From assembly GCA_002352465.1 (NCBI GenBank), contig DEIN01000017.1, positions 777 through 64,776 on the forward strand: a stretch of 64,000 bases of DNA, in the 5' to 3' direction. The translations under genes were made by a program, and so were the position numbers. Source of the DNA: Patescibacteria group bacterium UBA2773. Its GTDB lineage: Bacteria > Patescibacteriota > Minisyncoccia > Moranbacterales > DUUL01. Shown here in pieces: positions 54,636 through 62,512 of this stretch; the first letter of the stretch is position 1, and each line of letters starts with the position of its first letter. The notes under the pieces are model-generated. The model worked only from the letters and a program-made list of their open reading frames with translations. It did no database searches and had not been told where the DNA came from.

Positions 54636-54839
54636 ATGACTAATAAGACTGATAAAAAAATAAGGAAAAGGCAGGAAATTTTTCAAGATATGGTCGCTGA
54701 TGGTAGGGCTGTCGTTGTGAAACGAGTTCCTCTTTCCATGGAAGATCTAGCATTTTTTAAGGAAAAAATGGCACGGCTTAAAGAACGATTAAGAAAGGGT
54801 AGATATTTCAAAAATAATTCTACGCAAAAATTTGGTTAA
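54636..54839 (+). CDS. Small basic hypothetical protein (67 aa)
   Basis: RBS aaaggaggg 6 nt upstream; a terminator follows. Confidence 0.4.
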   Translation: MTNKTDKKIRKRQEIFQDMVADGRAVVVKRVPLSMEDLAFFKEKMARLKERLRKGRYFKNNSTQKFG

Positions 54840-54861
54840 ATAATCAAATTGCGTAAAAACT

Positions 54862-54884
54862 GGGGAACTTTGGTTCCCCTTTTT
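54862..54884 (+). terminator. Rho-independent terminator
   Basis: ggggaac-tttg-gttcccc followed by ttttt. Confidence 0.7.
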
Positions 54885-55146
54885 AATATTGTTTAATAAA
54901 ATTAATTTCTTAATTAAAGGTTTTTAATGTTCAAATAATTTGCGACAATAGCTTATTTAATAAGTCACTTTGGTTTTATTTTTGATTATAAATTTACGTT
55001 GATACTTCAACGTATCAACGTAAAATAATTTTTAAATTGGTCGTTTGAATATTTGTTGAGGTTTTTAAGTGTTGCGTTATCGAAAAAACTTGTCAGACCT
55101 GTTGGGAATGACGAGTTTTATTTTTGGGGTGAATGATCTAATTAAA

Positions 55147-55431
55147 CTAAAGCCATTCTGTTAATCGTTTTATCGTTTTTTCTATTAAACAACGATCTGG
55201 TTCTTTTTCCTGCAATTCGTTGTGAATCTTAGAGACGTGAAGCAGGACATTCAATTTTCTATCGCCTAATGCAGTACCAGGAGGAATAAATTTTGATGAT
55301 TGATAAAATTCAAGTGCTTCAATTAGATCAATTTCAATTTCTCTGGGCATTATTTTTTGTTTGGGAAAAAGGTCGTGGATTGTGTGCCCATTGTTTTCTA
55401 CTTTTTCAATCAATTCTCTAAATTCTGACAT
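55147..55431 (-). CDS. Small hypothetical protein (94 aa), possible Rx6H HEPN-like motif
   Basis: RBS aaaaaaGGAG before the ATG. The sequence GDRKLNVLLHVS is a weak match. The 36-bp conserved upstream element is also present. Confidence 0.35.
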   Translation of the reverse strand: MSEFRELIEKVENNGHTIHDLFPKQKIMPREIEIDLIEALEFYQSSKFIPPGTALGDRKLNVLLHVSKIHNELQEKEPDRCLIEKTIKRLTEWL

Positions 55432-55522
55432 GAAAATCTCCTTTTTTGGGGTTAAGATACCTTTATCTAAATAATTTTAAATTATAGTGCTTTCTAATTA
55501 AATTATCAATAGAATTTGCATT

Positions 55523-55558
55523 ATGTCAATCACAAATAAAAATGTCCCCTGTTTTCGT
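55523..55558. repeat. 36-bp perfect direct repeat, copy 1 (upstream of the 94-aa gene)
   Basis: atgtcaatcacaaataaaaatgtcccctgttttcgt. On the minus strand it contains TTGACAT (-35-like). Confidence 0.8.
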
Positions 55559-55772
55559 CAAATTAAAATGTTGTCTTTTATTAGTTATGGCTCGACTTCA
55601 TTGGTGTTCACTTTAATAGGAGTAGGGATACTTTTGAATATTTCGAAATAGGTGAAGATGTAGTTTTTGAAGGTAAAGTTAAATTCGCCGCAAGATGTTT
55701 ACATCTTGCGGCGAATTAAGGTTTCGATTATTTTCTTAAAAGTTTAATCCTAATTTGGCAAATATCAGGATC

Positions 55773-56459
55773 TTACTCAGATTCTTCCATAATAGAAAGA
55801 ATTTGATTTTCATCAGTTAAATCTGAAATCCCAGCTTGGCAAACATCAGAATCCCATCCAAATTTTTTCATAACAAAAATAAGTTGGTTTTCATCAGTTA
55901 AACCCGGAATCCCAGCTTGGCAAACAGCAGGATTCCACCCAGATTCTTTCATAATAGAAAAAAGTTGGTTTGGGGTTTTTTCTTGTAACTTTAAACCCGG
56001 AATCCCAGCGTTGCAAATTCTCCAATTCCACCCAGATTTTTTCATAATAGAAAAAAGTTGGTTTGGGGTTTTTTCTCGTAACTTTAAACCCGGAATCCCA
56101 GCTTGGCAAACATCAGAATCCCATCCAGATTTTTTCATAACAGAAATAATTTGGTTTTCATCAGTCAAACCCGGAATCCCAGCTTGGCAAACAGCAGGAT
56201 TCCACCCAGATTTTTTCATAACAAAAAGAATTTGGTTTTCATCAGTTAAACCCGGAATCCCAGCTTGGCAAATATCAGGATTCCATCCAGATTCTTTCAT
56301 AATAGAAAGAATTTGGTTTGGGGTTTTTTCTTGTAACTTTAAACCCGGAATCCCAGCTTGGAAAATTCTCCAATGCCACCAATATTTTTTCATAATAGAA
56401 AAAAGTTGATTTGGGGTTTTAAGAATTTTAAATAATTTTTTCGCAAGGTCTAATTCCAT
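55773..56459 (-). CDS. Tandem-repeat protein (7–8 copies of a ~30-aa unit ..ENQILSIMKKSGWNPAVCQAGIPGL..)
   Basis: 228-aa ORF with RBS aaaaaaGGAG. Its ~90-bp DNA repeats explain the overlapping alternate-frame ORFs in the track. Confidence 0.55.
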   Translation of the reverse strand: MELDLAKKLFKILKTPNQLFSIMKKYWWHWRIFQAGIPGLKLQEKTPNQILSIMKESGWNPDICQAGIPGLTDENQILFVMKKSGWNPAVCQAGIPGLTDENQIISVMKKSGWDSDVCQAGIPGLKLREKTPNQLFSIMKKSGWNWRICNAGIPGLKLQEKTPNQLFSIMKESGWNPAVCQAGIPGLTDENQLIFVMKKFGWDSDVCQAGISDLTDENQILSIMEESE

Positions 56460-56563
56460 TGTTTTCTCCTTTTTTGTTTGGGTAAAGATAAAATTTCAAA
56501 GTTGCTTCAATTGAAACATAAATGGTAAATTACTTTTTTGAAGATGTCAAGGGATTGTATGAG

Positions 56564-56599
56564 ATGTCAATCACAAATAAAAATGTCCCCTGTTTTCGT
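56564..56599. repeat. 36-bp perfect direct repeat, copy 2 (upstream of the repeat-protein gene)
   Basis: Identical to 55523–55558. Confidence 0.8.
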
Positions 56600-56772
56600 A
56601 ATATAAAAATTAATCATAGTATTAATTTTAATATTAATCTTGGAAGGTGTTTCGAGATATTTAAAAAATAAAAACTCGCTATTACGATTTTTTTTCTGAA
56701 CTTTAATTTTTGGCCGGAAATTAAAGTTTAAAATATGGCAAAGATTAGTAAAGAGTTATCTCTGGCGGTTTG

Positions 56773-56805
56773 GAAATTGAAAATTGAATCATTGAAAATT
56801 GAATT
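56773..56805. repeat. AT-rich repeat family 2 units
   Basis: gaaattgaaaattgaatcattgaaaattgaatt. Confidence 0.45.
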
Positions 56806-56841
56806 AAAGTTTATAATGCTCTCTGAGTGCAAAATTCAAAA

Positions 56842-57972
56842 TTAATTCTCAAAAATATTTTTGAGAATTTGCTCTCTTCGTTTTTTTTCGTTGAGGGAAA
56901 TAGAATCTTTGAGCTTGAAGGAGGCGGTGCCAGGGCGGGGGGAATATTTGTTGATGAAGGCTTCGGAATAGCCGATTTCTTTGAAAACTTTGACTGTTTC
57001 TTGAAAGTCTTTTTCGGTTTCGCCGGGGAAGCCAACGATGACGTCAGTGGAGAATTTGGCGGTGGGAATTTTCTCTCGAGTTTTTTTAATTAAATTTAAA
57101 TAATATTTTTGGGTATAGGGGCGGTTCATGGCTTTGAGGATTTTGTCACTGCCGGCTTGAATGGGGAGGTGAATTTCGTTGGGAATGTTTTCGTTTTGGG
57201 CGATAACGTTGATTAATTCGTCGGAATAATCTTTGGGATGAGAAGTTAAAAATTTAAATTTAATTTGGGGAAATTTTTGAGCGAGAGTTTTTAGAAGCTT
57301 TGGGAAAGTGGTTTTGCCGTTTTGGTAAGAGTTGACGTTTTGTCCTAAAAGTAAAACGGTTTTGTATTTTTTTTCGGCTAGTTTTTGAATTTCAGCTTCA
57401 ATTTCTTTGAAAGGTCGTGACCATTCTGGTCCGCGAGCATAGGGGACAATACAATAGGTGCAGAAATTGTTGCAACCGGTCATAATCGGCACCAAGGCAA
57501 AATCGGTTTTTTCATATTTCGGTTCGATTCTTAGATAACTATTTTTTCTACTATTCTTCAGTGAATGGTAGAAATTTGTTGATTTTGTTTTGTCGATTTT
57601 GCTGATTAATTCGGAGATTTTGGGGAAATCTTTGATGGCGATGAAAAGGTCGACTTTGTTTTTTAGTCTTTTTCGGAATTCTTCACGGTGGGCGAGACAA
57701 CCGGTGACGACTATAATTTGCTTTCTTTGAGAGTCTATTCCAAGGTACTTTCTCTTCCGTTGGAATTCGCCTTGTTTTTTGAAAACATTGTGAACGTGGC
57801 CATAGACTTTGTGTTCGGATATTAAACGCACTCCGCAAGTATTGAAAATCACCAAATCAGCCTGATCGATTTTGTCAGCTGGAGTGAAATTATTGGTTTC
57901 AAAAAAAGTCTTCATCCGTTCTGAATCGGAGAAATTCATTTGACAACCGAAAGTCTTAATAAAATATTTCAT
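56842..57972 (-). CDS. MiaB/RimO-like radical-SAM methylthiotransferase (tRNA-modifying, no TRAM domain evident)
   Basis: MTTase N-domain (FGCQMNFSDSE...NTCGVR), radical SAM CNNFCTYC. 376 aa. Confidence 0.75.
   Translation of the reverse strand: MKYFIKTFGCQMNFSDSERMKTFFETNNFTPADKIDQADLVIFNTCGVRLISEHKVYGHVHNVFKKQGEFQRKRKYLGIDSQRKQIIVVTGCLAHREEFRKRLKNKVDLFIAIKDFPKISELISKIDKTKSTNFYHSLKNSRKNSYLRIEPKYEKTDFALVPIMTGCNNFCTYCIVPYARGPEWSRPFKEIEAEIQKLAEKKYKTVLLLGQNVNSYQNGKTTFPKLLKTLAQKFPQIKFKFLTSHPKDYSDELINVIAQNENIPNEIHLPIQAGSDKILKAMNRPYTQKYYLNLIKKTREKIPTAKFSTDVIVGFPGETEKDFQETVKVFKEIGYSEAFINKYSPRPGTASFKLKDSISLNEKKRREQILKNIFEN
57544..57574. repeat. Hairpin-repeat copy 2, embedded in-frame in the MiaB-like linker region
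   Basis: ttttctactattcttcagtgaatggtagaaa (one mismatch in the stem) encodes ..YHSLKNSRKN.. on the minus strand. Confidence 0.7.
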
Positions 57973-58140
57973 ATTTTGTAAATTATAAAGCTCAAATTAT
58001 AACAAATTGTTCCAAATTAATTTCAAAATCTAAAATCCAAATATTTCGCTCGCCTAGGCGAGCGAAATTTGGTCATTTGAACTTAGGATCTGATTTGAGT
58101 AATTTGAAATACTTTTAATTTTGAAACAATTTCTAAAAAA

Positions 58141-59901
58141 CTATTTTTTTAGCTTTATTTCTTGCTTAATCATTTCCACAAATTTTTCAATCTTCAAAGT
58201 TTTTTGTTCTTTCTGCTCTCGTTTTCTGATCGTCACTGTGCCTTCTTGCTCTTCTTTTTCGCCAATAATTAGAAGATATGGAATTTTTAATTTGGTGCTT
58301 TCGGCAATTCTTTTTCCAAGAGAATCGTCAGAATTAAACATTTCAACTCTCAATTCTTCTTTTTTCATTGTTTTGAAAATTGATTTGGCATAATTGTCAA
58401 ATTTTTCGGAAACGGGCAAAATTCCTAGTTGAATTGGAGCAATCCAAGTGGGAAATTTTCCAGTGTAGTATTCGATTAAAAAAGAGAAAAATCTTTCAAA
58501 CGAACCAATTAAAGCTCGGTGAATAACAAAAGGTCTTTCTTTTTCGCCAGTTTGATTTATGAAATTTAGGTCAAATCTTTCGGGTAAATTGAAATCCACT
58601 TGAATAGTTGAAATAGAGTCTTCTTTTCCAAAAACATTAATGGCTTGAACGTCAAGCTTTGGTCCATAAAAAGCGGCTTCGTCCTTTTCTTCGTAAAAAT
58701 CAACTTTAGATTCTTTTAAAACTGCTCTCATAGTTTCCTCGGCTTTTTTCCAATCGGTTCTTTTACCAACGTATTTATCTTTAGAATCCCCGGAAAGTGA
58801 AAGTCTGAATTTATAGTTTTCAAAACCAAGGTCTTTGTAGAATCTTAATAACATTTCTAGAACTTCAACAAATTCAGCTTTGAGCTGAGCGGAAGTGCAA
58901 AAAATGTGAGCATCGTTTTGGGTAAAACCTCTAACTCTTTGTAATCCATGAAGTTCACCAGATTTTTCATAACGATAAACTGTTCCTAATTCTCCCATTT
59001 TTAAGGGAAGTTCTCGATAACTTTTGGGTTTCATTTTATAAACCATCATTCCGGCTGGGCAATTCATTGGTTTGAGATAAAAAGTTTCATTATCAATTTC
59101 AATCGGATTATACATTGATTCATTATAAAAACCTAAATGGCCGGAAGTTTCAAACAATTCTTTTTTGTTGATATGAGGAGTTAGAATATGTTCATAGCCG
59201 TAGCTTCGTTCTAGCTTGATCATATAGTCTTCTAAAACTCTTCGCATTGCATAGCCTTTGGGAAGCCAAACCGGAAGTCCTTGACCAATTTCTGGAATAT
59301 TAGCAAAAAGTTCTAATTCTTTTCCGATTTTTCGATGATTTCTTTTTTTAGCTTCTTCTAATTCAAATAGATGTTTTTTGAGATTAGCTTTGTTTTCAAA
59401 AACGGTTCCGTAGATTCTTTGTAAACTTTCTCTTTTTTCATCACCTTTCCAATAAGCGCTGGAAATTGTGGTCAGTTTGAAGGCTTGCGGGTCGATTTCA
59501 CCGGAAGATTCAATGTGAGGACCAGAACAGAGGTCGACAAAACCATCTAGTTTGTAAAGGCTGAGTTCTTTCTCCCCAGCTTTAATTAAATCCTCAATTA
59601 ATTCAACTTTATATTCTTGGTTTAATTTTTTGAATTTAGCAAAAGTTTCTTGAGCTGGAACTAATTTTTGCTCGAAAGGAAAATTGGCTTTAATAATTTT
59701 TTTCATTTCTTCCTCTAATAAAGGCAGGTCTTCGGGAATTAAAGTTCGAGGCAGTTCGAAGTCGTAATAAAACCCATTATCAATTGCTGGTCCAATTGCG
59801 AATTTGGCTTCTGGAAAAAATTTTAAAACAGCGGTAGCTAGAATGTGGGCCGTGCTGTGGCGCAATAAGTTGAGTTTGTTTTGTTTTTTTTCGTCTTTCA
59901 T
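58141..59901 (-). CDS. thrS: Threonyl-tRNA synthetase (lacks the N-terminal TGS domain)
   Basis: HSTAHIL editing-domain motif, class II catalytic core, C-terminal anticodon-binding domain. 586 aa. Confidence 0.9.
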   Translation of the reverse strand: MKDEKKQNKLNLLRHSTAHILATAVLKFFPEAKFAIGPAIDNGFYYDFELPRTLIPEDLPLLEEEMKKIIKANFPFEQKLVPAQETFAKFKKLNQEYKVELIEDLIKAGEKELSLYKLDGFVDLCSGPHIESSGEIDPQAFKLTTISSAYWKGDEKRESLQRIYGTVFENKANLKKHLFELEEAKKRNHRKIGKELELFANIPEIGQGLPVWLPKGYAMRRVLEDYMIKLERSYGYEHILTPHINKKELFETSGHLGFYNESMYNPIEIDNETFYLKPMNCPAGMMVYKMKPKSYRELPLKMGELGTVYRYEKSGELHGLQRVRGFTQNDAHIFCTSAQLKAEFVEVLEMLLRFYKDLGFENYKFRLSLSGDSKDKYVGKRTDWKKAEETMRAVLKESKVDFYEEKDEAAFYGPKLDVQAINVFGKEDSISTIQVDFNLPERFDLNFINQTGEKERPFVIHRALIGSFERFFSFLIEYYTGKFPTWIAPIQLGILPVSEKFDNYAKSIFKTMKKEELRVEMFNSDDSLGKRIAESTKLKIPYLLIIGEKEEQEGTVTIRKREQKEQKTLKIEKFVEMIKQEIKLKK

Positions 59902-59937
59902 TAAATTAGATTAATTAGTTAAATAATTTATTATCTT

Positions 59938-60079
59938 AAGGATACAAGATACAAGATACAAGGATGCAAACAAATCTCAAATTAAAATATTTAAATTTCA
60001 AACAAAAACCAAAGGTTTTTGAATTTGGTCATTTTAATTTTTAATTTGTTTGTTTCTTGTGTCCTTGTCTCTTGTCTCT
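59938..60079. repeat. Imperfect ~36-bp inverted repeats with (GATACAA)3 / (TTGTCTC)-type units flanking a 70-bp AT-rich core, in the thrS 5' UTR
   Basis: aggatacaagatacaagatacaaggatgcaaacaaa ... tttgtttgtttcttgtgtccttgtctcttgtctctt. Confidence 0.6.
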
Positions 60080-60290
60080 TTTAAACATAAAAACCTCATC
60101 TCAAAAATAATTCATAAAAAAATATGAATAATTTCTAAGACGAGGCTTTGACCCGCGGTTCCACTTAGATTTTCCAGTTTAATTTTAACTAAAACTCTTT
60201 CTAATCTTTTTGGCTTAGTTGAGGGTTTAACCTCAAATTTTATTGCTAAAATATATGTTTGGTAGACATATCAATTACCTTAAGTACTAA
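60079..60290 (-). promoter_or_regulatory. T-box riboswitch leader of thrS (Thr-specific; antiterminator/terminator switch)
   Basis: Minus-strand RNA AAUCUAAGUGGAACCGCGGG matches the T-box consensus AAUUAGGGUGGNACCGCGG, with the canonical 7-nt bulge UGGAACC. The A1 helix CUAAG/CUUAG overlaps the 5' arm of a terminator (CCUCGUCUUAG...GAGAUGAGG + UUUUU, + strand 60079–60135). An ACC-A (Thr codon) sits in a hairpin loop at +60260–60266. A TTGACA-16 nt-TAAAAT promoter lies at +60322..60295. Confidence 0.6.
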
Positions 60291-60383
60291 CCATATTTTA
60301 GAATGATTTTTAGATTTGTCAAGTAAATTCATTGACAAATTTCTCAAAATATACTATGTTTATATGTTGCTGGAATGGCATCT

Positions 60384-60403
60384 ATTGTGGAATTTACCAC
60401 AAT
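60384..60403. promoter_or_regulatory. 20-bp palindrome between the promoter and RBS of the downstream hypothetical gene
   Basis: attgtgg-aattta-ccacaat; TTGACA at 60332–60337 upstream. Confidence 0.35.
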
Positions 60404-60425
60404 AAATTCTTGGAAGGAGAATGAA

Positions 60426-60878
60426 ATGTTTAAAAAGAAAAAAACGGAGATTACTTTGTCTGAGCGAAATTTTGCAGCTTTACAGCTGGCAATTGAAATT
60501 TTAAAGAACCAGTTTGATCAACATGCAATTCCTATCGATGCAGTGTTGGTCAAGGAGAATTCAGAAAGTCTCAAGTATATTGTGAATATAAGGTTTGAGA
60601 CTCCAAGGGTTTTGTGCGGAAAATCAGAAATTGGTTTTTGCGAAGTGAAAATAGAATTTTCAATTTCTGAGCAAAAGCCATATAAACTAAGCGGTTTGGT
60701 TCGATTTATTGTTGTTCATGGTTTTGGACTATATAATAATGGCTTAGATTTTTATTATGATAATGAAGGGGTTTGCAGAGTCCCTCCTGAAACGAAAAAA
60801 GATATTGCTGAATTCTACACTAGAATAAAAGATTATCTTCCGTCTGGTTCGGGTTATCCGATTAGCTCGGAAGAGTAA
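60426..60878 (+). CDS. Hypothetical protein (150 aa)
   Basis: RBS ggaaggaga 5 nt before the ATG at 60426. This is shorter than the track ORF that starts at 60375. Confidence 0.45.
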   Translation: MFKKKKTEITLSERNFAALQLAIEILKNQFDQHAIPIDAVLVKENSESLKYIVNIRFETPRVLCGKSEIGFCEVKIEFSISEQKPYKLSGLVRFIVVHGFGLYNNGLDFYYDNEGVCRVPPETKKDIAEFYTRIKDYLPSGSGYPISSEE

Positions 60879-60986
60879 AAGATTAAGTGGGTTGTTCGCG
60901 AAGTCGAACAACCTGCTTTTTGTTTGTCTTAAAATTGAGAAAATGTTAAAATTAATTCAATAATTTATAAATTTTGAAACAAAAAT

Positions 60987-61568
60987 TTGAGAAAAAGAAT
61001 TCATAAATATCGATATGATTTTGCGGTGGTTTTAGCTTTGATTTTTACGGCTTATTTAATGTCTTTGGTAACGGTTGATTTTGAATTGTTTAATGACCGA
61101 CAATCTTTTGAAAATTTTATTAATGGGTTTGGGGTGTGGGGACCAATCATCGCTATTGGCTCAATTGTTTTGGAGGTTGTGGTGGCGCCAATTCCGGGAT
61201 TTGTTCCAGCTTTGAGCACCGGTTTTATCTTCGGTTCAGTTCTGGGTTCGATTTATACTTTTATCGGAAACGTAATTGGAACTTTGCTGGTTTTCTTTTT
61301 GGCTCGTAAATATGGAAAACCGTTAATAGTAAAATTTTTTCGAAAAGATCGATTGGAAAAATACGCTAAGACTATTAATCGTCATGAGAATTATTTGTTG
61401 ATTTTCTATTTTATCCCAATTCTTCCAGTAGATGTGATTACTGGTGCTTTTGGTTTGTCGCATATTCGTTTTAAAAAGTTTTTTATTATAATCTTATTGG
61501 GTTTGCTTTTTTATTCAATTTTAATTACTAATTTTGGTGATTATTTGGCGAAACTTTGGTTTTTTTAG
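60987..61568 (+). CDS. DedA / TVP38-TMEM64 family membrane protein
   Basis: ..VVAPIPGFVPALSTGFIFG..FLARKYGKPLI.. is a DedA-type motif. TTG start as given. Confidence 0.6.
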   Translation: MRKRIHKYRYDFAVVLALIFTAYLMSLVTVDFELFNDRQSFENFINGFGVWGPIIAIGSIVLEVVVAPIPGFVPALSTGFIFGSVLGSIYTFIGNVIGTLLVFFLARKYGKPLIVKFFRKDRLEKYAKTINRHENYLLIFYFIPILPVDVITGAFGLSHIRFKKFFIIILLGLLFYSILITNFGDYLAKLWFF

Positions 61569-61711
61569 GGGAAAATATTCGTGGTTAAGGGCTAAAACCT
61601 CCTCGGTCCTCTCTCTTCGCTGAAGTGATGGCGGAGCAGGACTTTTATCAAAAGGGAATTTGCATATTTGACATTGGAAGTTAATTTAAATCCGAAACGG
61701 GAGGAAGTAGG

Positions 61712-62512
61712 ATGAGGGAAAAATTAAGTGAAACATTAATACGATTAAAGGAAATTAAAAAACCTGAGACTGGAGTTAATTTCAAATCTAGAATTGAAGC
61801 TGGTTCGGAAAGAATTGCTAAAATCGAAAGAAGACAAGAAGCAATAATCGGAAGAACAATTAAAAGAATCGATTCCATTACTTTTTCAAAAAAAGTTAAA
61901 TTCAAAGAAAAAATGCCGGAAATTTCCTTAAAAATTGCGTCGGAGATTATCCCAGTGAATTTGACGGAAGCAATTTTATTGATTCTTTCACGGTGGCATA
62001 TAAGTGCTGCTAATTTACTTCAAAAGAAGATTGTTTTCGAGAAAGAGGTTTTTAATAACGGAGATTGGGTTTTTCAAAACGATTTTCTTGGTTGGGCACT
62101 GGAAAGCGAATTCCTTCATTTTCTTGATCGCTATTGCGACAAAAAAGGTCAGATAGATCGCAAAAAAATGAGTTCAAGTCTTTCGGCGATTATCGCTCAA
62201 ATCAAGAAACCATTAGTTCAGCTAGGTTTTTTGACTGAAATAGTTGAACTAAAAAAAGACAAAAGAAAGTTTTTTCGGGTGGACTCTTTTTCGGGTAATT
62301 TTTCTTTTGCTTGTTTGAAGGAAATTTTTAAAGTTAGAAACAATTTCCCTCAGGATTATCAACGGAAAGGAACCAACCTTGCTTTTTCTGTTAAGAAGGT
62401 CAGAGGAAAGTGGACTTTCTTTGAAATAACCGAAGACCCTCTGGTGATAATAGCGGGAGGAAAAAAAATTGAGATTAGTCCAAACGGAAAAATCTTAATT
62501 AATGAAAAGTAA
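61712..62512 (+). CDS. Hypothetical protein (266 aa)
   Basis: RBS gggaggaag before the ATG. No recognisable domain. Confidence 0.4.
   Translation: MREKLSETLIRLKEIKKPETGVNFKSRIEAGSERIAKIERRQEAIIGRTIKRIDSITFSKKVKFKEKMPEISLKIASEIIPVNLTEAILLILSRWHISAANLLQKKIVFEKEVFNNGDWVFQNDFLGWALESEFLHFLDRYCDKKGQIDRKKMSSSLSAIIAQIKKPLVQLGFLTEIVELKKDKRKFFRVDSFSGNFSFACLKEIFKVRNNFPQDYQRKGTNLAFSVKKVRGKWTFFEITEDPLVIIAGGKKIEISPNGKILINEK

Noticed and set aside
54504-54686. 60-aa minus-strand ORF spanning the hairpin repeat
   Set aside because: It overlaps the start of the better-supported plus-strand gene at 54636 and an intergenic repeat. It has no RBS.
55894-56409. ORFs 55894–56109(-) and 56011–56409(+) overlapping the tandem-repeat protein gene
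   Set aside because: They are generated by the ~90-bp DNA repeats reading open in several frames. Only the 55773–56459 frame has an RBS and a sensible start.
55773-56459. Regularly spaced DNA repeats considered as a possible CRISPR array
   Set aside because: The units are ~90–99 bp and contiguous with no unique spacers. They lie inside a single ORF with an RBS, so this is a protein-coding tandem repeat, not a CRISPR array.
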